The translations under genes were made by a program, and so were the position numbers. The notes under the pieces are model-generated. The model was not told where the DNA came from. It searched no databases and was given only the letters and a program-made list of their open reading frames with translations. Of a stretch of 64,000 nucleotides of DNA, positions 28,798 through 39,279 are shown piece after piece. The first letter of the stretch is position 1. Every line of letters starts with the position of its first letter. The stretch comes from Candidatus Wolfebacteria bacterium RIFOXYD12_FULL_48_21 (GTDB lineage: Bacteria; Patescibacteriota; Minisyncoccia; UBA6257; UBA9933). The DNA is taken from contig MGIW01000003.1 in NCBI GenBank assembly GCA_001793945.1, forward strand, positions 65,630 to 129,629. Reading direction: 5' to 3'.

Positions 28798-31185
28798 TTA
28801 TTTCTCGTGTCCGCTTATTCCCCCTTCCAGTTCTTTCAATACTTCCTCGAGGGATTTTCCTTTTATTTCCTTTTCCGTGCCCGAATGCGGCCACTCGACC
28901 TGCTTCACTTCTTCATTGATCGGCCTTCGTGGTTCGCGATCCTCGTTTCGCGGATGACGGCTACCGCCCAAACCCGGACGGCGGTCGCCATGAGTTCGTC
29001 CTCCGCCATGGCCTCCCCGCTCAGGGCGCGGACCTTCGCCGCGCGCATCGCGCGACAGCTCATCGCGCTGTGGGCCGCGATCTTCCTTTGGGATCATCGC
29101 CTTTACCGACAGCGAGAGCTTGCCCTGTTCGGCGCGGATGACCTTGGCCACCACTTCATCGCCGATGCTCGCCACATCGCTTATCTTTTCCACAAATCCG
29201 TTCTTGAATTCAGAGATGTGCACCATGCCATCACGGCCTCCGCCAATGTCTACGACGGCTCCGAAATCGAGCAACTTAATGATCTTTCCGCTTACAACCT
29301 CGCCTACTTCAAATTCCTTCAATAGACTTTCTATGACACGCTTTGCGGCCTCCGCCTTTTCATATCCGATCGAAGCGATCGAGACCGTGCCGTCGTCTTC
29401 GATGTTAATGGTAATGACGCCCGTATCGGCAATGATGCCGTTAATCGTCTTTCCGCCTGATCCGATGACTGTACCGATCTTTTCCGGATCGATCTTCATA
29501 GATATGATCGACGGAGCGTACGGCGACAACTGCTTGCGCGGTTCCGCTATGGCACCCTTCATGACATCGAGTATCTGCAAGCGCGCCTTCTTTGCCTGTA
29601 CCAATGTATCTTTCAATATCTGCACGGTAATACCTTCGATCTTCACATCCATCTGCATGGCTGTGATGCCGTCGGTCGTTCCTGCAACTTTGCAGTCCAT
29701 GTCTCCATAATGATCTTCCGGGCCTTGAATGTCGGTCAGCACCTTATAGTTTCCCGCATGATCCATGACCATGCCCATGGCGATGCCGCCAACAGGCTTT
29801 TTAAGCGGAACACCCGCGTCCATGAGCGACAAGGTCGCCGCACAGGTGGTCGCCATGGAAGACGAACCATTTGATGCGAGCACTTCCGACACTACGCGAA
29901 TGATATACGGAAATTCTTCCTTAGTCGGGAGCATCCATTCGATTGCCTTTTTGGCCAATGAACCATGCCCGAGTTCGCGGCGGCCTACTCCGCCCATGCG
30001 CTTTACCTCGCCAACGGAATACGGCGGGAAGTTATAGTGCAACATGAAACGCTTCTTTCCTGATGTTTCGATCGTTTCCACAAGCTGTTCGTCGCCCGGT
30101 GCGCCCAGCGTCGTTACTGCCAACGCCTGCGTTGCTCCGCGCATAAACAAGCCGGTTCCGTGCAGTCGCTTAAACAAACCGACTTCACCATACAGCGAAC
30201 GAATCTCATCCATCGCGCGGCCATCCGGCCTGCGACCTTGTTCCAAAATGTTCCTGTGCATCAATGCATCGATCTCCGCTTCGAGGATTGCGGCAACTCC
30301 AGCCAAATCTTCATACCCCGCCTCTTTGAGATGGGTTTCCATATCCGTTTTAATGCCATGCATTTTGCGCTTCAATTCAACCTTATCGGTGCCATATACG
30401 CCATCCTCCAGCTTGCCCTCCAAAAATGCGTGTACCCGTTTTACCAACTCTTCGTTGCGCGGCACAAATACATCATCGAGCTTTTTCTTGCCGAGCTTTG
30501 CCTGCACTTCCTTTTGGAATACGCACATTTTCTTGATCGCTTCATGCGCCTGCGCAAACCCTTCCACTACTTCGTCTTCGGTCGCTTCGTTGCCCGCAAG
30601 CTCGATCATGTTGATGCGATCTTCTGTCGCGCCGATGAATGCCTCATAGGCAACCTTTGTCTTGTCTTCTATCTTCGTGTTTTCCGGGTTCAGCATGAAC
30701 TCGCCGTCTTTCGTCTTTGCCATGCGCACGCCGCCGATAGGTCCATTCCACGGAATATCGGACATCATCAACACGGACGACGCCGTCAAAAATGCCACAA
30801 AATCCGGATCGTTCTCTCCGTCGTATGACAAGATCGTGATGATCACCTGCACATCGCGGCGCAGGTCGTGGTTAAACAACGGGCGTATGGCCCGATCGAT
30901 CATGCGGCCCGAAAGCACCGCCTCGTCGGACGGTCGCCCTTCGCGGCGCATAAAGCGGCTGCCGAGGATCTTCCCAGCGGCATAAAACCGCTCCTCGTAA
31001 TCAACGGTAAGCGGAAAGAAGTCCGTCGGGCGATTAGAGTCGCCCATGACCGCGGTTACCAGCACCGCGGTGTCGCCATAACTTCCGATGGCGGAGGCGT
31101 TTGCCTGATTCGCCAAACTTGAAACCGTCAGCGTGAACGGCTTACCTGCAACATCGAGTATAAACTCTTGCTTTGGTAACTGCAT
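28798..31185 (-). CDS. pnp: Polyribonucleotide nucleotidyltransferase (PNPase)
   Basis: FFPLTVDY, RRELGHG, SNGSSSMA, EDHYGDMD; KH and S1 domains; disordered tail. Confidence 0.97.
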   Translation of the reverse strand: MQLPKQEFILDVAGKPFTLTVSSLANQANASAIGSYGDTAVLVTAVMGDSNRPTDFFPLTVDYEERFYAAGKILGSRFMRREGRPSDEAVLSGRMIDRAIRPLFNHDLRRDVQVIITILSYDGENDPDFVAFLTASSVLMMSDIPWNGPIGGVRMAKTKDGEFMLNPENTKIEDKTKVAYEAFIGATEDRINMIELAGNEATEDEVVEGFAQAHEAIKKMCVFQKEVQAKLGKKKLDDVFVPRNEELVKRVHAFLEGKLEDGVYGTDKVELKRKMHGIKTDMETHLKEAGYEDLAGVAAILEAEIDALMHRNILEQGRRPDGRAMDEIRSLYGEVGLFKRLHGTGLFMRGATQALAVTTLGAPGDEQLVETIETSGKKRFMLHYNFPPYSVGEVKRMGGVGRRELGHGSLAKKAIEWMLPTKEEFPYIIRVVSEVLASNGSSSMATTCAATLSLMDAGVPLKKPVGGIAMGMVMDHAGNYKVLTDIQGPEDHYGDMDCKVAGTTDGITAMQMDVKIEGITVQILKDTLVQAKKARLQILDVMKGAIAEPRKQLSPYAPSIISMKIDPEKIGTVIGSGGKTINGIIADTGVITINIEDDGTVSIASIGYEKAEAAKRVIESLLKEFEVGEVVSGKIIKLLDFGAVVDIGGGRDGMVHISEFKNGFVEKISDVASIGDEVVAKVIRAEQGKLSLSVKAMIPKEDRGPQRDELSRDARGEGPRPERGGHGGGRTHGDRRPGLGGSRHPRNEDREPRRPINEEVKQVEWPHSGTEKEIKGKSLEEVLKELEGGISGHEK

Positions 31186-31334
31186 TTTTATTGTCGTCCC
31201 CTTGCTTCCCGATACTGAAATACCGGACACATTACAACCACACTGCAGTCCATAATTTAAAATTTTAAATTTTAAATTTAAAATTGGGTTTGCCCTGCAG
31301 GGCAATTGGCTCTGTCCACTATTTCACATACGGT

Positions 31335-31868
31335 TCAGCGGGACTGTTTACTAATCCTTGTTTTTAATAATATCCTTGGTATATCCTTGAGGTCAATGTA
31401 CAGGTCGGTCGCTTCGCGCAGCTTTGCGCTTGTCGTGCGCCCAAACCCGGCCACTTCCACCAATTTTCCCTTTCCCCACTTCAGATACTCCACCAACGGA
31501 GCAAAATCTCCGTCGCCGGTGACCAAAATGACCACATCGAGCGAGTCCGCCATGCGGATCGCATCGACTGCCATACCTACATCCCAGTCTGCCTTTTTCA
31601 TGCCACCCGGGTACACCTGCAGGTCTTTCATGCGCAGATCGATGCCTGCTTTTAACAACGCATCAAAAAACGAAGCCTCAGCGGTGAGTTCTTCGTTTTG
31701 TGATTCGCTCTTTACCACATAGCCGAGCGCGCGGATAAGTTTCCGCTCGCCTACCAAGCTCTTCATCAGCTCTTGGTAGTTGATCCGGCTATGATACAGA
31801 TTTTTTGCCGAATGATAGAGATTCTGAACATCGATAAAAATGCCGATTCGTTGTTCTCTATGCCTCAT
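31335..31868 (-). CDS. NYN-domain (LabA/DUF88) putative RNase
   Basis: IFIDVQNL, KADWDVGMAVD and TGDGDF; start overlaps the rpsO stop. Confidence 0.92.
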   Translation of the reverse strand: MRHREQRIGIFIDVQNLYHSAKNLYHSRINYQELMKSLVGERKLIRALGYVVKSESQNEELTAEASFFDALLKAGIDLRMKDLQVYPGGMKKADWDVGMAVDAIRMADSLDVVILVTGDGDFAPLVEYLKWGKGKLVEVAGFGRTTSAKLREATDLYIDLKDIPRILLKTRISKQSR

Positions 31869-32134
31869 TATTTCTTGAGATTAAGCTTTTTGAGGATCTT
31901 TTCGTATCCTGCTGTGTTGGTCTTGGAAAGGTAGGCCAACAGTCTCTTTCTTTTTCCTACCATTTTCAAAAGACCTCTTCGGGAATGATTATCCTTCGGG
32001 TTTATCTTCAGGTGGTCGGTGAGTTCGGCGATCTGCCGGGTGAGCATCGCGATTTGCACATCAGCGGAGCCGGTGTCGGCGTCGCTTGTTTTGTGCTCTT
32101 TTACGATATTCGCTTTTGTTCGTTTTGTAAGCAT
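31868..32134 (-). CDS. rpsO: 30S ribosomal protein S15
   Basis: [10 protein letters not shown] and [20 protein letters not shown]. Confidence 0.97.
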   Translation of the reverse strand: MLTKRTKANIVKEHKTSDADTGSADVQIAMLTRQIAELTDHLKINPKDNHSRRGLLKMVGKRKRLLAYLSKTNTAGYEKILKKLNLKK

Positions 32135-32216
32135 CGGATTTACTATAGCAGAATACCCTAAATAATGCAAGCCCCTTATGCGGGGGGGGTGCGACATACT
32201 CCAGACATGCAGCCCG

Positions 32217-33089
32217 TTACCTAACCCTGCAACAAGTCGCAATGCAAGTCGGACCGGGGCAATTAACCCTATCCATCATGGACAGGTAATAACCGTTACT
32301 ACAAGTTGCCCTTGATGAGGCGTCCACATTATAACAGCTGCCCCATGTATCCGTTATGGCCCCCATCTGTGTTATCGTCTTGCAACTTGATCCATTTATA
32401 TCGCAATAATTTCCGGAATTGATTTGCGTTGCCTTTGCGGTTCCGTTAACATCGAGTCTATACCCCGGCGTCGCCGTACCAATACCAACATTTCCACCCA
32501 TAGCATTGATGGCCAATGGTCGCGTTGAAAAACTTGTGCCTTGTTGAGCTGACTGTATGTAGGCTATGTCATTTGTTGCATCGGCTCCAAGTAGTAATTC
32601 GCTATCTGTTGACGCAGAGTATAGCGCTATGCCGGCAGTGTTTTCTGTACTATATGTCGAGGCTTTGTTTATTTGCAACATTCCTTGTGTAGGATTAGTT
32701 GTCCCGATACCGACATTGCCGGCTTTCATATAAAAATCGCTGTTCGTTCCGGTGCGGCTGATCAAAAAATCAATACCATCCTTGTTGGACAAATAATATT
32801 TTTCCGTTCCCGCATTTGCAAAAACCAAAGAAAGGTCCCCGCTTCCGCCGCCATCGGCATCGTTAAAAATTATTTTTGGTGCCAAAGATGCAGAAACATG
32901 CAGAATGCCTTGCGGGGCCGCCGTGCCAATGCCGATATTACCACCGCTTGCCTTGAGCGTTCCCGAACCTAACGGCGGATTGCTTGTAGGGCTCGTCCAC
33001 GCAAGGCCCTCGCGGGCTACCAATGCAATGCCAACACTCATCGTAGCTATTGCGAACAATTGCAAACCGAGTTTTATGTTGGTGTTCAT
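32217..33089 (-). CDS. Secreted GNVGIGT-repeat fibre/adhesin-like protein with Cys-rich tip
   Basis: Signal peptide, WTSPTSNPP, three GN(V/I)GIGT repeats, Cys-rich C-terminus. Confidence 0.75.
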   Translation of the reverse strand: MNTNIKLGLQLFAIATMSVGIALVAREGLAWTSPTSNPPLGSGTLKASGGNIGIGTAAPQGILHVSASLAPKIIFNDADGGGSGDLSLVFANAGTEKYYLSNKDGIDFLISRTGTNSDFYMKAGNVGIGTTNPTQGMLQINKASTYSTENTAGIALYSASTDSELLLGADATNDIAYIQSAQQGTSFSTRPLAINAMGGNVGIGTATPGYRLDVNGTAKATQINSGNYCDINGSSCKTITQMGAITDTWGSCYNVDASSRATCSNGYYLSMMDRVNCPGPTCIATCCRVR

Positions 33090-33406
33090 TGAATACAATA
33101 TACCATATTTTAGTATGTTATTCCTGCGAAATCAGCCCGTCGGCTGACGGATATATCGGCTCTATAGATTCCTGCCGGAGTTTATCCCGTACTTGATACG
33201 GGACCCGCGTTCGGAATGACAAACGGGGCGGGAATGACTCCGTAAAGTCCGCCATTGGCGGGCTGCGGGGCAAGCAAAGAGAAGATTAAAGATAATAAAA
33301 AAACTGTGAGTGCAAATTCAAAAATCCTTTCTATGAATATACCAAAACCGCATGCAAATTGCATGCGGCCCCACATCTTCATTGACGCCATAGATTGGCG
33401 AGGTCA

Positions 33407-34480
33407 TCAATAACAATACGCTGCTATTCCTACATGGGTATAATAGCAAGCGACATTGTACGCACCGTTATAGTTATATGTCGTTATGCAAGATTTTCCA
33501 ACTGATACACATATTGCGTCTCCTGTCGTGTTCGCACCAGCGAAACTTACTGCAGTGATTGTACTCCCCCCCATCGCCGCTATCGTTTTGCAGTTTGAGC
33601 CGCTATCATCGCAATAATTTCCGGAATTGACCTGCGTTGCCTTTGCGATTCCGTTTACATCCAATTTCGCCCCGGGATTTGTCGTCCCAATCCCCACATT
33701 CCCCGCTACATTGGAATACATATTCGTAGACGTGGCGAGCCACAACGAAGAACCGAGGTCGCCCCATGTGCCATTTGCCTTGCCGCGGAAGGACTTGCTG
33801 GTGGAATTATAATAGATGGAGCCGTCTATGCCGGATGGGTCGCTGGAAATGACGCCCAGGTTAAGGAGGTTAGAGAGGGATATGTTCTTCCATCGCTTGG
33901 TTCCGGAAAAACCGACCTCGTAGCTATTGTCCGCATTGGGGAGCAGGTCGGAGTCAAAGGTAGCGGCGGAAACACGGGAAATGCCTGAACGCAATGCACG
34001 GGATATTTTACTGGGGCCGGTGGCGGTATTGGAAAACTGCAGGTCGACCGCAACTTGGTCGTGGCCGCCGGGGAACTCTACGCGCTTGAAAAATGCGGTG
34101 TCGACGATGACTTTACTGGTGGTGAGGTCGGTGGATGCGGATGCGCAGTTCTGCTTTTGAAATTCATCTGGGCCGGAAGACATCTTTAAGACACCATCTT
34201 CTACAAAGATGCAGGTTGGGTCAAGCGCGGGATCATTCATGCGCAGCTTGAGCGTGCCGGTTGTAGTGGTAGCCGTTTCTATGGCCGAAGATTCACGGAC
34301 CAAACGGGAAACCGTTTCCATGGCGAACTGCAGTTGACTGGAAACTTCATCGCCCGATATTTCCTGCGTGGAAATGCGGACCACATTGGTAAGAATGCCA
34401 AACAACGATCCACCGATGATGGCGAAGATGCCGAGGTACAACAATGTTTCCAACAAAGAGAAGCCGCGGGTGCGTTTCAT
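33407..34480 (-). CDS. Prepilin-type (N-methylation motif) protein with GNVGIGT repeat and Cys-rich tip
   Basis: RGFSLLETLLYL class III signal; [10 protein letters not shown]. Confidence 0.85.
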   Translation of the reverse strand: MKRTRGFSLLETLLYLGIFAIIGGSLFGILTNVVRISTQEISGDEVSSQLQFAMETVSRLVRESSAIETATTTTGTLKLRMNDPALDPTCIFVEDGVLKMSSGPDEFQKQNCASASTDLTTSKVIVDTAFFKRVEFPGGHDQVAVDLQFSNTATGPSKISRALRSGISRVSAATFDSDLLPNADNSYEVGFSGTKRWKNISLSNLLNLGVISSDPSGIDGSIYYNSTSKSFRGKANGTWGDLGSSLWLATSTNMYSNVAGNVGIGTTNPGAKLDVNGIAKATQVNSGNYCDDSGSNCKTIAAMGGSTITAVSFAGANTTGDAICVSVGKSCITTYNYNGAYNVACYYTHVGIAAYCY

Positions 34481-34552
34481 GGGGTTATTATAGCATATTG
34501 GGGGCGGGGAGGTATAAGGTATAGGATATACGGTATACGGTATGGGAGGGAG

Positions 34553-34986
34553 TGTCATCCCGAGTGCAATGCAGCGAAGCGGAATGAAATCGAGGGAGCT
34601 GCAGTAAAAAACAGATTCCTCGACAAGCTCGGAATGACATACAAACTACTGCAGATTTCTCGACTGCGCGGAGTACCCTGCCTACCGGCAGGCAGGCGCT
34701 CCGCTCAGAATGACAATTCGCGGAGGGGCGGCAATGCAAAACACTGGATTCCGGATCAAGTCCGGAATGACAAGGCGGGAAAATAACCGATGACTGATAA
34801 CCGATGACTAATAACAGGATGCCTCGGGCGAACCACAGGGCAAGTAATGCGGGGAGGGGTGTCATCCCGTGCCACGACACGGGATCCAGAGTTTTCTGCA
34901 GTAGCGACGCTTAAGCATATAGAATCTGGATACCGGCCGGAGTTTATCCTGATCCGCCAGCCGGCGGACGAATGAGCCGGTATGAC
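34553..34986. repeat. REP-like mosaic cluster
   Basis: At least five palindromic units with nested CCTGCC and CCGCCAGC inserts. Confidence 0.85.
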
Positions 34987-35014
34987 AATGCAAATGTAAC
35001 GACGTCCGACATCG

Positions 35015-35695
35015 TTACATTGTCCTTTTCCCGTACTGCGCGCGCCATGCGTCTATTTTTTTATGATCGCCTGAAACCAATACCGGTGGGACTTTATATT
35101 TTTTTCCTTTAAACACAAACTCGCTTGGGCGCGTATATGCCGGTACGCCGACGCCGTGGCGCAATTCTTCGAGCGACTCACCTTTCCCTAATACGCCGCC
35201 GATCTTACGCGAAAGCGCATCTACTAGCACCATGGCCGGCAATTCTCCGCCGGTCAACACATATGGCCCGATGGACAATTCTTCCGTTTTAAATCCCATA
35301 TCCTTTACGATCTTTTTCACACGCTCGTCCATGCCTTCATAATGCGCGCAGATCAATATGAGCCGTTTTATTTTTTTTGCGGTCTTATTTGCGTACGCAT
35401 CGTCGATTTGCTTGCCGCCCGGGGCAAAAAATACGACGCTCGTTTCCTTTTCGAATTTTTTGGTTTTTTTTGCCACCGCCGCAATGGCCTTTATGAGCGG
35501 CTCGATCTTCATGACCATGCCCGGTCCGCCGCCAAACGGCCTGTCATCCGTTTTATGGTGCTTGTCGGTGGCATACGCCCGCAAGTCATGTACATGTATT
35601 TGTATCAGTTTCTTTTCCTGCGCCCGCTTTAAAATAGACTCATTCAGATATGAGTCGAATATATGCGGGAAAATTGTGATGATGTCGAAACGCAT
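35015..35695 (-). CDS. trmD: tRNA (guanine-N1)-methyltransferase
   Basis: DDRPFGGGPGMVM, SIGPYVLTGGELPA and YTRP. Confidence 0.97.
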   Translation of the reverse strand: MRFDIITIFPHIFDSYLNESILKRAQEKKLIQIHVHDLRAYATDKHHKTDDRPFGGGPGMVMKIEPLIKAIAAVAKKTKKFEKETSVVFFAPGGKQIDDAYANKTAKKIKRLILICAHYEGMDERVKKIVKDMGFKTEELSIGPYVLTGGELPAMVLVDALSRKIGGVLGKGESLEELRHGVGVPAYTRPSEFVFKGKKYKVPPVLVSGDHKKIDAWRAQYGKRTM

Positions 35696-35870
35696 AAGGG
35701 GGCAGAGATTAGAGGTTGGAGATATGAGGTGAGAAATACTAAAGCAGGTTTACTTATTTGCTGATTTCTCTTTTGTCGTATACCCTTATAATATCGATAT
35801 GTGGTGAATTTGCAATCGACCCCCATCTTCCCTCACACCTCTAATCTCCGTTCTCCTATCTCTCATTCCC

Positions 35871-36713
35871 ATGATTCACTTCCTCCATGGTGCCGACGCC
35901 TATCGGCGCGAACACCGCCTCCGCGAACTGATTGCGGCATATCAAAAAAAATATGACACCCGCTCGGTCGGCAGGTTTGATTTCGATACCGAAGACGATA
36001 TTTTGCGCTTCAAGGATTTTTGCGCCCAGCAGACGATGTTCGAGACCAAACGCCTTGCCGTGATCGATGCCGTGTTTTCCATCAAAGGGTCCGAGGAGGC
36101 GCAGCATATTCTTAAAGCAACGCTAAGCAACAAAGATGTGATCGTTTTCATATCCGAGCTTACCGACGAGACCAACCCGCGCCCGCGGGAACGGGTGCTT
36201 GTTCCTAAAGATCTGCTTTTTTTGCTCAACGCTCCGGCGATCGCCGAAATGTTCGAACCGCTTTCCGACGCAAAGCTCGCTTTCTTTATTTCCGCCGAGG
36301 CAAAGAAGCACTCGATCGCGCTTTCTCCAGAAGCAGCCGATTTTCTTGTATTCGCATTGCGCCGCGATACGCAACTCATTATGAACGAATTGGAAAAGAT
36401 CGCGCTCTATTACAACGAACCTTCGCGGGAACTCTCGCGCCAAGATGTCGAGCTGCTCGTTGACTACCTTGAGTCCCCCGACATATTCGCCTTTACCAAC
36501 GCGGTATCCAAGCAGGGCCCGCTTGCGAGCCGGCTTACACCGCTGGAACGCCTATTCATGAACCGCGAAGAATCCGCAAAAATATTCAACATATTTGCAA
36601 AAAACCCATTCATCGATCTGGCGACCGTGCGCATGTTGGCCGATCACGACATTCTCATAAAATCCGGCAAGCTCGATTACGAAACCGCTTTGCTTGACTG
36701 CTGCTTTAAATAA
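35871..36713 (+). CDS. holA: DNA polymerase III delta subunit
   Basis: MIHFLHGAD, MF..KRLAVI, NELEKIALY and DIFAF. Confidence 0.8.
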   Translation: MIHFLHGADAYRREHRLRELIAAYQKKYDTRSVGRFDFDTEDDILRFKDFCAQQTMFETKRLAVIDAVFSIKGSEEAQHILKATLSNKDVIVFISELTDETNPRPRERVLVPKDLLFLLNAPAIAEMFEPLSDAKLAFFISAEAKKHSIALSPEAADFLVFALRRDTQLIMNELEKIALYYNEPSRELSRQDVELLVDYLESPDIFAFTNAVSKQGPLASRLTPLERLFMNREESAKIFNIFAKNPFIDLATVRMLADHDILIKSGKLDYETALLDCCFK

Positions 36714-36899
36714 CCGATAACCTAAAACCAATAACCCATAACAAAAATGCCGCGTAATGCGGTATTTCATATTCCTTGCTCTCTTTAAAATCTCCTTGTG
36801 TTGATTTTGTCATTCCCGCGGAGGCGGGAATCTATTATAATACTGGATCCCCGCCTCCGCGAGGATGACACAGGGGCAATGTGTTACTTAGAGATGAGT

Positions 36900-37070
36900 T
36901 TATTCCCCACTATACAATGCCAATGCTTCGTCAAGATTTTCCAAGGCTTCCTTTTTTGTCTTTCCAAAGCTGGAAATATCAACATTAAGACACTGAGCAA
37001 CATAATATTTCCCCTCTTTCCATATTGCTATTTTTAGATCTATTTTTCGCATATTTGTAGCCTTATTCAT
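36900..37070 (-). CDS. Short orphan HicB-family protein (not in ORF track)
   Basis: Manual translation: ...IAIWKEGKYYVAQCLNVDISSFGKTKKEALENLDEALALYSGE*. Confidence 0.75.
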   Translation of the reverse strand: MNKATNMRKIDLKIAIWKEGKYYVAQCLNVDISSFGKTKKEALENLDEALALYSGE

Positions 37071-37129
37071 ATATCTTATAACAAAGAGGTGTGTTTAGTC
37101 AAAAATAACGACATCGTAAGTCGTTATTT

Positions 37130-37657
37130 TTATTTCAGCATTCCCAATTCTTTGAGTGCCTTTTCGTAGATGGTTATGATATTCCACCCCTCTTTTGCGG
37201 TCAGTGAAAGTGCTGGTTCCTTTTGCGTCCGTACCACCAACCGATGCGCTTCGCGCACCTCCCGTATATTTATCACGCGCATCTCGTCCGTTTTGGCGAG
37301 CCGTTCATCCATGTCCTTTCCGACGATGCCCGCATTTTTGAGCGCTTCATCCAATATCTTATTCGCATCTCCAAGCGCCTTTTTCAGCTTCGCGCCGCTT
37401 CCTTTTGCCGCTTCAACTTGCAGGTCTTTCCACATGCGCCGCTGTTTTTCTTTTGATAGATCAATGACGCCCCATTTCATCAAAAACTTATCCCGTTTCA
37501 TTCCGAGCGTCTTCAAGCGTCGCATCATGATCACCACAAAAAACAACAGTACGCCCGTGATGACCAACGAAAATGCCCGCAAGGCCGGAAGCTTGCTTAG
37601 ATATGCGTCAAACAGATAGACGCCCACTTTTGTTAGTCCCTCAACGAATTCGTTCAT
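37130..37657 (-). CDS. Hypothetical single-TM protein
   Basis: Overlaps the gatA stop; TM followed by a helical domain. Confidence 0.7.
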   Translation of the reverse strand: MNEFVEGLTKVGVYLFDAYLSKLPALRAFSLVITGVLLFFVVIMMRRLKTLGMKRDKFLMKWGVIDLSKEKQRRMWKDLQVEAAKGSGAKLKKALGDANKILDEALKNAGIVGKDMDERLAKTDEMRVINIREVREAHRLVVRTQKEPALSLTAKEGWNIITIYEKALKELGMLK

Positions 37658-39129
37658 AGTTCAACAGGCTCACTATTTCTCAGTCGTTCATACATTTGTC
37701 CTATTCCTAAAATGTCCGCTTCGCGAAACGGCTTTCCTATTAGCTGAAATCCGACCGGTAATTCACCTCCTTCATATGCGCGCACCGGGATCGAAATACC
37801 CGGCAACCCTGCCAAGTTTAGCGGAATGGTAAATATATCAGACAGATACATTTGCAAAGGATCGCTTGTTTTTTCGCCAATCTTGAACGCGGTGGTCGGA
37901 GCGACCGGCGTCAATATGACATCAACTTCCTTGAATGCGTTGTCGAAATCTTCTTTGATCAACTTGCGCACCTTTTGCGCTTTCGCATAGTAGGCGTCGT
38001 AATAACCGGACGACAGCACATAGGTTCCCAACATAACGCGCCTGCGCACTTCGCGCCCAAACCCTTTGCCCCGCTGCGCGTGGTATATGCCAAGCAAATT
38101 CTTCGGCTCATGTTCCTGCAGTTCGTCCAAGCGGCCATATCGTATGCCGTCGAAGCGCGCTACATTCGAGCTTACTTCCGCAGGCATGATGATATAGTAG
38201 CATGACAATGCGTGTTTTGTATTTGGCAAGCTGATCTCCTTTACCTCGATGCCGAGGCTCTTGATCTTTTCTATGGCCGCGCCGATTTCCTGCTTTGTGC
38301 GCTCGTCGATACCTTCTATAAAATATTCCTTGGGCAGACCTACGCGCAACTTTTTTATATTCTCTAATCGCGGATGTAGCAGCTCGTCGCTATACTCAGC
38401 ATCGACGCTTGTCGCATCGAGCGGATCTTTTCCTTTGATTGCGTTAAACAATATCGCCGCGTCTTCGACCGTTTTTGTCAACGGACCAATCTGATCAAGA
38501 CTCGACGCCATAGCTATGGCACCCGAACGCGATACCGCACCATAGGTCGGCTTCAACCCGACCACGCCGCACAAACTTGCCGGCTGGCGAATGGAACCGC
38601 CTGTGTCGGTACCGAGCGCCGCCACGGCCATGTGCGCCGCGACCGCCGCGGCGGAACCTCCCGACGAACCTCCCGGCACGCGCTCGAGGTCGTGCGGATT
38701 CTTTGTCACCTTAAATGCCGAGTTTTCCGTAGACGAACCCATGGCGAATTCATCCATGTTCGTTTTGCCCAAAAATATCGCACCCGCTTCCTTGAGCTTC
38801 TTGATTACGGTCGCATCATATGCGGCGGTATACTTTTCCAACATTTTCGATGCGGCGGTCGCGGGCAGACCTTTCACCAGTAAGTTGTCCTTGATTGCCA
38901 TTGGCACACCTGCCAACGGCCCGATGTCTTCGCCTTTTGCGATAGCAACATCGACGGCTGTGGCTGCGGCCAACGCACCATCTTTATCCAAACTCAAATA
39001 CGCCTGCACTTCCGCATCACGCGTTTCGATATAATCAAAAAACTCCTTCGTCAATGCAAAGGCGGTAAACTCCTTGTTCTTCAATCCTTCCTGGATCTTT
39101 TTAATTGTTAAATCTTTTAGAAAAAGCAT
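37654..39129 (-). CDS. gatA: Glu/Asp-tRNA amidotransferase subunit A
   Basis: GKTNMDEFAMGSS, PGGSSGGSA, DTGGSIRQP and RFDGIRYG. Confidence 0.97.
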   Translation of the reverse strand: MLFLKDLTIKKIQEGLKNKEFTAFALTKEFFDYIETRDAEVQAYLSLDKDGALAAATAVDVAIAKGEDIGPLAGVPMAIKDNLLVKGLPATAASKMLEKYTAAYDATVIKKLKEAGAIFLGKTNMDEFAMGSSTENSAFKVTKNPHDLERVPGGSSGGSAAAVAAHMAVAALGTDTGGSIRQPASLCGVVGLKPTYGAVSRSGAIAMASSLDQIGPLTKTVEDAAILFNAIKGKDPLDATSVDAEYSDELLHPRLENIKKLRVGLPKEYFIEGIDERTKQEIGAAIEKIKSLGIEVKEISLPNTKHALSCYYIIMPAEVSSNVARFDGIRYGRLDELQEHEPKNLLGIYHAQRGKGFGREVRRRVMLGTYVLSSGYYDAYYAKAQKVRKLIKEDFDNAFKEVDVILTPVAPTTAFKIGEKTSDPLQMYLSDIFTIPLNLAGLPGISIPVRAYEGGELPVGFQLIGKPFREADILGIGQMYERLRNSEPVEL

Positions 39130-39279
39130 GGATTTTGTTATTCCGGCCTCCGTTATGTGTCATTCCTGCGAAAGCAGGGATCTATGTATTGTCATCCCGG
39201 GCGAAGTGGAACGGAGTCGAGGGATCTGCTACAGATTCCTCGGCTCCGCAGAGTACCGCTCCACTCGGAATGACATACC

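Noticed and set aside
33182-33391. 69-aa hydrophobic ORF between the two fibre-like genes
   Set aside because: Runs into REP sequence, lacks a clear initiation signal and has no family motif
32217-34480. Diversity-generating retroelement template/variable repeat pair
   Set aside because: Differences between the similar segments are not adenine-restricted and no reverse transcriptase is present
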